Of a stretch of DNA of 64,000 bases, positions 53,352 through 63,527 are shown one piece after another (position 1 is the stretch's first letter; every line of letters begins with the position of its first letter). The notes beneath the pieces are model-generated. The model did not search any database. It had not been told where the DNA came from and was given only the letters and a program-made list of their open reading frames with translations. The DNA is taken from the IMG/VR virus record IMGVR_UViG_3300024341_000001. One strand, 5' to 3'. A program made the position numbers and the translations under genes. The stretch is from a virus (lineage: Duplodnaviria; Heunggongvirae; Uroviricota; Caudoviricetes).

Positions 53352-53580
53352 ATTTTAACCTTTCATGATATTTACATAAATAATCATACGCATTTTCAGC
53401 GTCCAATAACGTGTTATATGTTTCTTTTATAGTAGTAATTTTTATTCCAAGAAAGTAAAGAATATATATTAATAAACAGTGTGATTCTTCTGGTTTCAAT
53501 ATTATTTTGCATGTTGTAAAATTGCGTCTGTACTTGGTCATAATCATAGTTGTGTAAATACTCTCTTTCTTGCATACCAT
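53332..53580 (-). CDS. Hypothetical protein
   Basis: 82-aa ORF. Confidence 0.4.
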   Translation of the reverse strand: MVCKKESIYTTMIMTKYRRNFTTCKIILKPEESHCLLIYILYFLGIKITTIKETYNTLLDAENAYDYLCKYHERLKYGCVDK

Positions 53581-55866
53581 TGGAATTTTAGTAAATCTAT
53601 ATTTACATCCGCAAAATCAATAATGACTGGATTCTTTTTTATCTTATTTGAAACTCGCATTAGTCTGCCGGCGCTTTGTTTTAACCACACTTTACTTCGT
53701 GTTGGTGCGCATATAAATAAGATCTCAAGCTCCTTCAGATCGATGCCTTTATGAAACAATTGCCAGGTAGTAACAACAATACGCTTTTTACCGCTTTCAA
53801 GTTGCTGCATAATAGCGGCGCGATCTTTTTTCTTTACACTGGATAATAAAACTACGGAGTCCGGTAGTAACGCACCCAGTCTCTGAGCATGTTCTTGTCT
53901 ATGACACAATAGAACACATTGTTGTGTTTTATATTTATTTACGGTGTCAACTATTAATTTATTTCTTATGTCATTAGTACCCATATCCGTTATCATGATA
54001 CCATATTCTGACGTATCAAATAATGGATACGTATATGAAGTTTTTATATACTCATATACAGGTTTTACAATTCTATCTGCAACAGCGGCATCTGGAACCT
54101 GATGTACCAATGGGCCGGTTAACCAGAATATTACTTTAGTAAGACCATCAGCTCGTTCTGGTGTGGCTGATAATCCATATTTATATTTTGCTGGTATCTT
54201 TGAAATAACTTCAGCGTATGTTTTTGCTGGTACGATGTGTCATTTTGTTATCATTGAGGTTGTTATCTCAATTTCTACAAATTACTTTGTAGCTCGGCAT
54301 ATATTTTCATCCTATAAGGATGTCAAGGACTCTTGGGAATATTATATTTATTCAATTCCTATGCTCTACACTGCGCAGGGCCTGTTTGCTATCCTTGCGT
54401 TTAGCACGGTATTGCCCATCACGGGTTTTTACCGTTTTTCCTTGATTTACACCTTTGATCTTACGATCAAGTGCGGCACAAGCTTTTTCAAATAATGCTT
54501 TTTTTCTCTTTAGAAAAATTGTACTGTCTTTATATAAATAATTAAATATTCTAACAACTTCAATTAAATTAGTCGTCTCTAATCTAAATATTGAGCGGTG
54601 TTTTGTTATCTTAGTATAAAGTTTTAATCTTTTATGGCACCAAGAAACAACATCGATATTGCCAGATATGTCAAAACAGTATCTAAGATGAGGAACTTTT
54701 CTTATATATATCGAACCATCACCATCAAATATACCCCTAATAAAATGATGTGTGTATTTTATAGGAATATTTTTGGGTTTTCCACCTCGTAGAGATTTTT
54801 GTGGCAAGCACCCTTTAGCTATGACGTCTAATCTCATTTGTTTATTATTTATATAATACACCGCTAAAGGTTGTTTTGATATTTGAATCTTTGCCTTGGT
54901 TCCTAAAATATCTTTAATCCGTCGCAACATGTACAGATCATTCGGATGTAGTGCTAAGGTCATGCCTGGGCGATTTTTTCTAACACAACCGTCGGCGAAT
55001 ATTAATCCAAGTATATACGCTTTTTCTTCTGTATCTATATTTTTAAAATAACGACTATTCAAACCAGGGTGTCTGCATTCTTCGTAGTCCCTAGTTAATT
55101 TTTCTTCATGTATAACATTGTATACTAATTCTTTTGAAGCAATGTGTAGTTTTTGCATTATTTGATAAGCCGACAACCCACTTTTATATAATATCTTAAT
55201 TTTATTTTTCATAAGTTATTATACGTAATATGTGGACCTTGTCAATACCTCATCGCATATTATCATTCCGAATTTATTTAATTCTGATTGATCAATTTTT
55301 TTTACGCTTTGTAATAGCCCTACAGTTATTGGTTTTATTTTTCTTTCGCCCGCGCCGATTTTTCCTATATTCTTTACTGAGGTGAACTGTTTTAATCGCG
55401 CAATAAATTGATGCGCAAGTTCTATAGTATCTACCAGTATCAATGTAGGTTGTTTTAGTTTTGCAAGTAACGCACAGGCTATAACGGTTTTTCCTGAAGC
55501 CGTGATAGAGCATAAAACCCCGTTTGTTGTATTACTTAATACATCTACTGCAGTTTTTTGATAATCTCGTAACTCCCCGGTAAATTCTATTTGTATAGGA
55601 GTTTTGCTATAATAGCGATTATCATCAATCTGTAAATTAGGATTTATTATCTTCAATGACGAAAGGAAACCAACGGGGGCGGTTATTGTATTGTTTGCTT
55701 CTGTGTAAAATCGAAGCTTTGGTTCGATCCCCCACAGACTTTTGTTCATACTCATAGCCGTTACCCAGGTTGGATTTTCGGTCACAAGGCTCGCTTTTAT
55801 CTGGTGTGCCTCGTCTTCTGTGTAATCGGTTATGGTTAATTCACCACTTATATTTACATTCATCAA
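53544..55866 (-). CDS. SF2 DExH helicase (UvsW/XPB-like), two exons (55866-55247 and 54240-53544)
   Basis: LRDYQ, TASGKT, spliced motif II DEVH, LSATPER, GID, QSAGRLMR; 438 aa. Confidence 0.92.
54241..55246 (-). mobile_element. Group I intron (IA-like, with P7.1) in helicase motif II
   Basis: Exon ends GT, intron ends G; P3 TCAAGGA/TCCTTGA, P4 ACGGT/ACCGT, P7 GCATA/TATGC, P8 CATCC/GGATG. Confidence 0.9.
54352..55212 (-). CDS. Double-motif LAGLIDADG homing endonuclease in the helicase intron
   Basis: YILGLIFADG and FIRGIFDGDG; C-terminus overlaps the ribozyme core. Confidence 0.92.
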   Translation of the reverse strand: MKNKIKILYKSGLSAYQIMQKLHIASKELVYNVIHEEKLTRDYEECRHPGLNSRYFKNIDTEEKAYILGLIFADGCVRKNRPGMTLALHPNDLYMLRRIKDILGTKAKIQISKQPLAVYYINNKQMRLDVIAKGCLPQKSLRGGKPKNIPIKYTHHFIRGIFDGDGSIYIRKVPHLRYCFDISGNIDVVSWCHKRLKLYTKITKHRSIFRLETTNLIEVVRIFNYLYKDSTIFLKRKKALFEKACAALDRKIKGVNQGKTVKTRDGQYRAKRKDSKQALRSVEHRN

Positions 55867-55878
55867 TTCTTTTCATTA

Positions 55879-55907
55879 ATTATAATAATAAAACACCTGA
55901 AACTCAA
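55879..55907 (-). promoter_or_regulatory. Leftward sigma70-like promoter
   Basis: TTGAGT-17-TATAAT. Confidence 0.7.
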
Positions 55908-55928
55908 TAATCTTATACCATAATAGTC

Positions 55929-55957
55929 TTGCATTTGATTATAAAAAACAGTATAAT
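55929..55957 (+). promoter_or_regulatory. Rightward sigma70-like promoter
   Basis: TTGCAT-17-TATAAT, then AAGGAGA SD and ATG at 55977. Confidence 0.7.
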
Positions 55958-55976
55958 CATATCATAAGGAGAATAC

Positions 55977-56722
55977 ATGACACAATTAACAGAAAAACAA
56001 CAAAAGTGGTTAGAAGATCTTGTTATAAACGGTCAAACAACTACTACCGAAGAAATAATTCGCGGTTTAGCCAAGATAACTATCGCCTCATTAGTAGGTG
56101 GAACACAGCTGGCAATTGAACAAGCTATACCGGCTGAAGGTGCTTCGGTGTATGTTTTGCATTCTTTTGCGATTCAAACGTTGGCACAGGTATTAAAAGC
56201 TTATGAAACAAAGGATAAAAAGACCGTCTTCGACAGTACAGCAGTAGCATTGGAGTTTGTAAAAAACCGCCCTACTGCAGTTATCGATGAAATGATACAA
56301 GTGCAAACTAAATTCGAAAAAGAATTGAAGCAATTAATTACCCCGGAGACATTACAGGAAAATTTTACTACGACCCCAGGAACAGGCGCAGACTCCAACT
56401 CTACATCAAAGGTATAAATCCTGGGGGCAAAGGATCAGTACGGGAATATGTACTGTTAAATGAATTACAACGACAAGATCTATTAGCGTATATACATAGT
56501 TCGCTGCAAAAATATGCGGCAATAGTAGATCGTGAAAATGCGGCTGAAGTAAAAAATCTAAATGAGATACAACAACACTTGGATGAGCTGACATTTCCCG
56601 AACGATACCAAAAAACGAAGTTACCCAAGCAGGAATTTGAAGATAAAATAAAAAAATTATCCGCGCTTGAAAAGAAGTTTCCTAAAAACTATGTAAAACG
56701 CAATGGCAGATCAAGATCTTGA
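55977..56722 (+). CDS. Tail assembly chaperone: short form 55977-56417, -1 frameshift form to 56722
   Basis: Slippery heptamer A-AAT-TTT at 56360-56366; hairpin CCCCAGGA/TCCTGGGG 7 nt downstream; start-less open -1 frame; immediately upstream of tape measure. Confidence 0.85.
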
Positions 56723-59474
56723 ATATAGACTAAAAATAGACACAAGTGATTTAGCTTCTCAACTACAACAGGTACGCGCACAAATCGACCAGGCCCTCGG
56801 TGCGCAAGTATTTAATACAATTACTCCTTCAACACAACCCGCAGCTTTTGCTTTCCCAATGCAGCAAGCGCTGGCAAATGCACAAATATCGCTAGGGCAA
56901 GATATAAATAATACAATAAGCGCGGCACAGAATGCGCAGAACGATGTACATCGTGCAATGCAATCCATGCGTCTTGGATTTCAGAAATTTAATAACGATG
57001 TAATGACATCTTATTTATCACAGGTTGATGTACCCATGTTTGCATCTGCACAAGGTGCGCCAATACCGTCATTTCATAACCGCGGTGTTTTTCAAAACTT
57101 AACCGCCAATGTTATTGGTTTGGGATATGACCCATCAATGTCACTTACGCCAGGAGAGTTCCGACGACGCGCAGGCTATGAATTTGCTAATCAATCAGGC
57201 AGGTTAACATTTGGAATAGGCGGTTCAATGCTTGGTGGTATAGCAGGAAGCCTAACTCCAATACCTTTTGGAAGTGTTATTGGAACTGTACTCGGAGGTA
57301 TGGTAGGTGATATGGCATATGATGTCGCAGGAACTACCATATTACGAGATTACGAACAAGCAAGCGCAATCCGTGATTTTGCATATAATACTTCTTGGCG
57401 TACATTTGCTGGAAGATTCACAAGACAGCAAGCTTTACAGATTGGCCAGGATTTATCAACTGTAGCAAGAAGCGAGGCATTGGTTGGATATGGTGTTACA
57501 AATACTGATGTACAACGTGTAATGCAGGAATATACCGCTATTGGTGGGTTCGATACTGTAAGATCAGCAGAAGAATATCGAACTCGTGCAAAAGATATGA
57601 TTGAGAATCATCGCAAAGTAATGCAGATATTACGTCTTACTGAAGAAGACGCTTTACAGTATATGAATACCATGCAAATGTATGGACGACCTATAACCGG
57701 TAATTCAGCAATAGGTACAGCTACAATGGCATATGCTGCTGGTTATACACCAAAAGAATTTATGTCATTTGCACAACAAGCTGCGGAGATGGTACGTGGT
57801 ACCGGGATAAATTTAGGGTCAGCGTTTGCGGGAGGAATGGATGCATTATTACGTACTAAATCATTTGTCGAAGCAGGCACCGTTCCGATGGAACTAATAC
57901 AACAGTATGGTGGAATACAACAATATACATTAAATACAACTCGTATGGGATACGAATGGGCTAATAGTATGAATGGCTTTACTCGTTTTGCTGCGGGTAT
58001 GACATCGGGCGGATTAATGGGTACCGTTGGTATGAGTCCACAAGAAGCGATTGGTACCGCAGTTGCAAATCTTAGTGCCGGGGGAATCGAAGGCATATTG
58101 GGAATGCAGGGTCGTATGGGTAAATTAATCAGTAATGAAAATCCCACAGTCCTTGCGGCTATGCGCGGATTAGATATAGCATCAGTTATGAAGATGTTAA
58201 ATATAAATCCTACAATGGAAAATTTTATGGGATTTGCGCAGACAACACTAGGGGTGTCGTTACCAGATGCCGAATCATCATATCGAATGGCTACAGGAGG
58301 TGCAACGGTTAATATAGCTAAACTACGTAATACCGGCTATCAAACAGCGGTTGATATGGCTCCATCGACACTTGCCCAGATGTCTGATCGTTTTACAAAT
58401 GTCATTAGTAATACAATGGCTGCTACAGGAAACTTTCTAGGATTACCTACGGCTTTGCGAGGATTAGAACAATACGCTGAAAAAGTACTTGGTAACGCAA
58501 CATTGAGAGAGCCTGATTATATAACACGTACACGCACTTCTGCTATAAACGCCCTGTTCACTGGAATAGATCACGAACGTTTCGATGATTTACAAAAAGT
58601 TCTTGGATCTGAAAAAGCGGTGGTCGACTTAATATATGCTTCTGAAAATGAACGAAAAAATATACTTGAAAGTGTGTCTGACGCAAATGACAAACAAACA
58701 ACTCTTGCACGAGAATATTTTATAAATCGAAATTTAAATAAATTACGTCAAGTTGATTCAAAAACCACGGCGGCGGAGAAGACGCTGCAAGAACGACTTG
58801 CCGAGCCAATGACACAAGAAAAAATGCAACTTCTTATAAATGAAAAGTTGGTGTCAAATATAAAAGATTTTGCTAAACCCGGGATGACTAAGGGGGAAGC
58901 AACTAGAATAACACAATTGTATAACAAAACTACTGCGGCACAAGAAGAGCAAACAGTAAGTGATATATTAGCAGGCCCGCAAGTTTCTTTTTTACGAGGA
59001 ATAGCGCGGGGGCTAGATGAATGGGGGCTAGAACGTGAAGATATTGCATCGCGTGTTGAAGTTAGTAAGACATTTCGAGCAAATAAATGGCTGACAGCCA
59101 CATTAAACCGCGCTGGCGCTGTGGTCGCTCGTGGCGCCGCCGAGCTTATCGGACGAGGTACTGGTGCCGATACTTTCAATTCTCAAACCAGTGATCTATT
59201 ACAAGAATCAGGAATTAGTGCCGAGAAAGCAAAAGTAGACGATCAGCTGAAAGATCAAAAAAAGGTAAATGACCAACTGGATCTAATAGCAAAACAAATG
59301 AAACAGTTCGGCGCAATAGGTATGACTGGAGGACTAAGTCCTGAAGCAACGATGCAAGCACAAAGTAACGCTGCGCAGGCAGCGGCATTGAAAGAAATTA
59401 TTACAAACACAGCTACGCTGAAAAAAGCTGCTGATCAAGCCACTGGTTATATAAATGTTAAAGTACATTGGTAA
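56703..59474 (+). CDS. Tail tape measure protein
   Basis: 923 aa, Ala/Gly/Met-rich helical, follows the frameshifted chaperone. Confidence 0.8.
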   Translation: MADQDLEYRLKIDTSDLASQLQQVRAQIDQALGAQVFNTITPSTQPAAFAFPMQQALANAQISLGQDINNTISAAQNAQNDVHRAMQSMRLGFQKFNNDVMTSYLSQVDVPMFASAQGAPIPSFHNRGVFQNLTANVIGLGYDPSMSLTPGEFRRRAGYEFANQSGRLTFGIGGSMLGGIAGSLTPIPFGSVIGTVLGGMVGDMAYDVAGTTILRDYEQASAIRDFAYNTSWRTFAGRFTRQQALQIGQDLSTVARSEALVGYGVTNTDVQRVMQEYTAIGGFDTVRSAEEYRTRAKDMIENHRKVMQILRLTEEDALQYMNTMQMYGRPITGNSAIGTATMAYAAGYTPKEFMSFAQQAAEMVRGTGINLGSAFAGGMDALLRTKSFVEAGTVPMELIQQYGGIQQYTLNTTRMGYEWANSMNGFTRFAAGMTSGGLMGTVGMSPQEAIGTAVANLSAGGIEGILGMQGRMGKLISNENPTVLAAMRGLDIASVMKMLNINPTMENFMGFAQTTLGVSLPDAESSYRMATGGATVNIAKLRNTGYQTAVDMAPSTLAQMSDRFTNVISNTMAATGNFLGLPTALRGLEQYAEKVLGNATLREPDYITRTRTSAINALFTGIDHERFDDLQKVLGSEKAVVDLIYASENERKNILESVSDANDKQTTLAREYFINRNLNKLRQVDSKTTAAEKTLQERLAEPMTQEKMQLLINEKLVSNIKDFAKPGMTKGEATRITQLYNKTTAAQEEQTVSDILAGPQVSFLRGIARGLDEWGLEREDIASRVEVSKTFRANKWLTATLNRAGAVVARGAAELIGRGTGADTFNSQTSDLLQESGISAEKAKVDDQLKDQKKVNDQLDLIAKQMKQFGAIGMTGGLSPEATMQAQSNAAQAAALKEIITNTATLKKAADQATGYINVKVHW

Positions 59475-59483
59475 CGAGGATAT

Positions 59484-61856
59484 ATGCTATCAGCATCAAA
59501 AATAAAATGTCATGTATATCTTGAAAATGTAGAAATTGATTTTTCAAATATACATATAATCGAACAAATCGGAACACCACCAACCGCTATCATAAATGTG
59601 GTTCCTATAAAAAATATCTTTAATATTTTACCGAAGACTATTTGTGTTATAACCTTGGAAGAAATTAAAAGTTATAAAGATGGAATACCTGTATATGAAG
59701 AAGTGGTTATATTTTTTGGTGAATACACTGATAACGGGCTGAATCGTACAGCGACCTCATCCGAAGTGCAGTTAACATTTACTGGATTTACAGGTAATTG
59801 GGATACAAATCCGATAGTACCGATAGATGCTACTATCCCAACGGCAGCTGAATCCGTTATGCTCGGTATAAATTATTTTACTAATACTGGGGCAGATGGA
59901 AAGGGGATATATTATAGTAAGTTTCCTTCACTATTACTTAGTCTTGTGAACTTTATGGATACAACCAAAGACGACAAAACTATAAAAGATTATGAACAAG
60001 TTTTAGGCTCGACAAATAGTCGTAATAAATTAATGGCAGGTTTAAAAGCATATTGGAAAAATAATCCGCCGGAGGGGCCGGATTTTAAATTTCACCGCGG
60101 TACAAAATTGCGTGCAAGAATTGCACTAGTTATAAATCACTTTTTGTTTAAGTATGGCCCGTTTTTAAATGGCTTGATGCAAAGTTTATTATTTGATTCA
60201 ATGATAAATTATATCGGGTCTGGCACTATGGAAAATCTTGCAAAGAGTACTGCCGTGCTAGCATATCTAAAAGAACGTATACGTGGTATCGCAAGTTCAG
60301 GATCAATGCCTGTTTCATCAGCTATCCGAAAAATTTTAGAGCCGTTTAAATATACTTTTCAGGAATTTGCGGCGCCGGTTCTAACAATCGATGCTTTAAG
60401 CGACATTGCTGAATTAACTTTGTCTAAAGTTATTGTTGCACCAGAATGTAATCTGTTGGCGCCCATATCCAATAATGTATTTTTCGATGATGACGTCGAA
60501 ACAATACAAATGAATCGTTCTTGGAGAAATGAACCAACTAGATTGATTTATACTTCCAATACAATTCCAACCAAAGACGAAAGCGGCAACATCATTATAA
60601 ATGCTATGTTGGCTATTATTGTGCCAGCAAAAATACTGGTCAGTGATGTAATAAATAAACTTTCAAAGTTAACTGCGTCTTCAAGAAAAGCGTTGCGAGA
60701 AGGCGCCGTGAAATCTGAAGAATCCGAACGTTGGGTTGTGGATACATTTGACAAATATATAAAATCTTTTAAAAACCAGAAAACTATTGGATTAGCGAGC
60801 ACTGAAAATGAGCAAATTAAAACTTTGTCACAAAATAAAACTATATCTAATGATAATGCCGTATTAAATAAAGATGTTATTGATATATTAAAATACACCA
60901 ATGAAGAGGCAATGCGTGGTGTCGTGTCATTGGTGGAAAAAGATGATAGCGCTTTAGAACAAGCATTCCTATTGAATGCGGTAAAAGATTCGTTATCTAC
61001 CGAAGTTGAATCTCCTGCAGCAATTTCTTCTGATAAAAATTTCGAAAAGATAGATACAGATAAAAAATTATTTGATCGCATGAATATGGGTAATGGTTCT
61101 GAAGCATTAATGAATTATAAAATGCAACTTGCTGAAACTATTTACGTAGAGAAGCGTCGTATAGGCAGAACCGCTGCTTTGCGTGTTACTTTTTCGCCAT
61201 ATCGAGTGTGTGGTGCACAATCGTTATTATTGTTAAAAGACTTTGGTCCACTCACTGGTGTAATTACTACAAATATTATAAATATCAGTGCGCAAGGAGA
61301 AGCAGTACAAAATATAAATTTATCACACGTATCTTGTGTTGATACATCTCTACCGACAGAAAGTTACGCCGATTTCCTTGATCCATATAAAGACATATTG
61401 CCACCGACATTATCTGAATTTAATGTTAAAGAAGTTGGTGGAAGGTTATACGTGTATTTGACTGGACGCTCAGATAGTTCAGTTTATGATTATTGTGTTA
61501 ATAATTTACAATTAAACGCTAGGGGCGAAGATATAGATCCACTTTCTACAAGTAAATGCGCCGCAAAATTACAAGAAAAATACAATGTTATAAAAGATAC
61601 GGCGACCCTAAAAAAGTTCACAGATGATTTGACATATCGACGATTAGCTACGTTAAAAGAATTAATGTCTGGATTATCAAATGCAGTAGATAAACTAACC
61701 GCTAGATCACTATGTGACTCCGCAGGAAAACCTTACTTCGTAGGGCAAGTTGACATGGATTCTCCTAGACCTTTTATACGAGAACGACAAAACATGATAT
61801 TAAATATTTTTAAAGCTACAAACCCGGCCGTAGCTGTTTGGAAAGGATTAGAATAA
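59484..61856 (+). CDS. Putative baseplate hub / tail-associated protein
   Basis: 790 aa downstream of tape measure; call is positional. Confidence 0.55.
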   Translation: MLSASKIKCHVYLENVEIDFSNIHIIEQIGTPPTAIINVVPIKNIFNILPKTICVITLEEIKSYKDGIPVYEEVVIFFGEYTDNGLNRTATSSEVQLTFTGFTGNWDTNPIVPIDATIPTAAESVMLGINYFTNTGADGKGIYYSKFPSLLLSLVNFMDTTKDDKTIKDYEQVLGSTNSRNKLMAGLKAYWKNNPPEGPDFKFHRGTKLRARIALVINHFLFKYGPFLNGLMQSLLFDSMINYIGSGTMENLAKSTAVLAYLKERIRGIASSGSMPVSSAIRKILEPFKYTFQEFAAPVLTIDALSDIAELTLSKVIVAPECNLLAPISNNVFFDDDVETIQMNRSWRNEPTRLIYTSNTIPTKDESGNIIINAMLAIIVPAKILVSDVINKLSKLTASSRKALREGAVKSEESERWVVDTFDKYIKSFKNQKTIGLASTENEQIKTLSQNKTISNDNAVLNKDVIDILKYTNEEAMRGVVSLVEKDDSALEQAFLLNAVKDSLSTEVESPAAISSDKNFEKIDTDKKLFDRMNMGNGSEALMNYKMQLAETIYVEKRRIGRTAALRVTFSPYRVCGAQSLLLLKDFGPLTGVITTNIINISAQGEAVQNINLSHVSCVDTSLPTESYADFLDPYKDILPPTLSEFNVKEVGGRLYVYLTGRSDSSVYDYCVNNLQLNARGEDIDPLSTSKCAAKLQEKYNVIKDTATLKKFTDDLTYRRLATLKELMSGLSNAVDKLTARSLCDSAGKPYFVGQVDMDSPRPFIRERQNMILNIFKATNPAVAVWKGLE

Positions 61857-62824
61857 TGCCATTATTTTATATACCTGCGGTAATTAGTAATACTTATTCA
61901 AAAGTTACTGCTACCGGTGGTTCACTTAATAGTATAATGACTGTACCCGAAAAAAGTCAGGTTACTCCAGATGCAGACGATGCTTTAACGATTTCAACAG
62001 AACAAAATGAAAAATCTCATACAATAAATTTATCGGAGATAAAACAACCGGCAGTTATATCAATATTTAATGCTACTGATCGTCGTATTAAATATATGAC
62101 TAAAAATTTCTTTCTGCAAAGTATAACAAAACCTAAATTGGAGCGATTTCAAATAATTGAGACATTTCGAGAATCGAAATTATTTTTCTTCGGCGAGCGT
62201 ACTAAGGTATATACAATTCAAGGTATGCTTATTGAGGCATTAGACTCAAGTTATACAAATGACAACATATACGGTGAATTAATGGCGGTCGAATTGGGCT
62301 TGGCCGATGTCGACAGAATGTTTTCTTTGCGTACTCGCGATCAGTATCGTTGGTCTACCTCATTTCAAATGTTTTACGATGAGCAGTTGCGCGGTACAAA
62401 ACTAGTGGAACAGAATAATATAGCAGGCTTGTTTTTTGAACGGTCATCAATTATTGGTTATCCGGTACAATTACAATTAACTAGAGATACCAATAATCAG
62501 TATTTGGTACAGTTTCAAATGACTTGGGCTGTAATGGAAGAAAACTTTTATAACGCTTATGTTCGTAATCAGTATACTCCAGGAATAGCAACATCGAAGA
62601 CTTTAAAAACAACTTTGAATAATTTATTAAAGATATACAATGATTTAGTTGCTCAGGTAACGGAAGCCGAAGCTAAACTAATTACTGAAAAGCGCGAGGC
62701 AGCGATAGGCATCGAAGCAGGAACAGGTATGACAGATGATAAACTAGATAAGTTGAAGAAAGACCGGGATGCAGCATATTCTGCATATTTGAATGAATAT
62801 AGAAAAGCACTAAAAAATGAGTAA
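61838..62824 (+). CDS. Putative tail/baseplate protein
   Basis: 328 aa in the tail operon; call is positional. Confidence 0.5.
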   Translation: MERIRIMPLFYIPAVISNTYSKVTATGGSLNSIMTVPEKSQVTPDADDALTISTEQNEKSHTINLSEIKQPAVISIFNATDRRIKYMTKNFFLQSITKPKLERFQIIETFRESKLFFFGERTKVYTIQGMLIEALDSSYTNDNIYGELMAVELGLADVDRMFSLRTRDQYRWSTSFQMFYDEQLRGTKLVEQNNIAGLFFERSSIIGYPVQLQLTRDTNNQYLVQFQMTWAVMEENFYNAYVRNQYTPGIATSKTLKTTLNNLLKIYNDLVAQVTEAEAKLITEKREAAIGIEAGTGMTDDKLDKLKKDRDAAYSAYLNEYRKALKNE

Positions 62825-63527
62825 TAATTTAAAACAAAACGAGATAGCAATTTGGAAGCGATGGAAGCATACAGGTGATCCTCAATTCGCCAATCAGTTG
62901 TTGCGTTCAATGGATCCATTTTTACAATCATATGTAAATAAATATACTGGTGCGCCGTTACCTAGACCCGCAATTGAAAGCCAGGCACGTATTTTGGCTT
63001 TAAAGGCGTTTAGCACCTTTAAGCCGACGATGGGTACGCAATTAAATACGCATGTTGGTCATGAGTTAAAGCATTTACATAGATATGTGCTTGAGTATCA
63101 AAACGTTGGAAAAATACCCGAAAACCGAGGTATAGCCATAAGTAAATTTAAAAATATAAAGGCCAACTTAACCGAATCACTAAATCGTGAGCCAACAGTA
63201 ATAGAACTGGCCGATGAACTACAGTGGTCGCCTGCAGAAGTAGAACGTATGCAGGCTGAATTACGCGCCGACTTAAACGTCATACAAGGTAAGGAAGAGG
63301 CGTTCTTTGATAGTCAATTGAATATGACAGATTCAAGTAGAGACCTCGTAGAATTTGTATATTGGAGTAGTACCCCCGAAGAACAAAAAGTCATAGAGTA
63401 TTGGTTTGGAATAGGTGGGGCCCCGAAGTTAAACTTACAACAAATATCACGTAAGTTACATAAAACTGAAGAAGAGATTAGAACAATAAGCAAAAGAATA
63501 GCACAACGTGTTAAGGAAAGTATGTAA
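62817..63527 (+). CDS. Sigma-70-family RNA polymerase sigma factor (group 3-like)
   Basis: Region 3 LNREPTVIELADEL and region 4 HTH YWFGI...LQQISRKL. Confidence 0.8.
   Translation: MSNNLKQNEIAIWKRWKHTGDPQFANQLLRSMDPFLQSYVNKYTGAPLPRPAIESQARILALKAFSTFKPTMGTQLNTHVGHELKHLHRYVLEYQNVGKIPENRGIAISKFKNIKANLTESLNREPTVIELADELQWSPAEVERMQAELRADLNVIQGKEEAFFDSQLNMTDSSRDLVEFVYWSSTPEEQKVIEYWFGIGGAPKLNLQQISRKLHKTEEEIRTISKRIAQRVKESM

Noticed and set aside
510-55513. Plus-strand ORFs opposite the minus-strand genes, and minus-strand ORFs such as 57743-58147, 58748-59179 and 60548-61081
   Set aside because: They are antisense shadows of well-supported genes, with no SD or motifs. The one exception is the intron LAGLIDADG.
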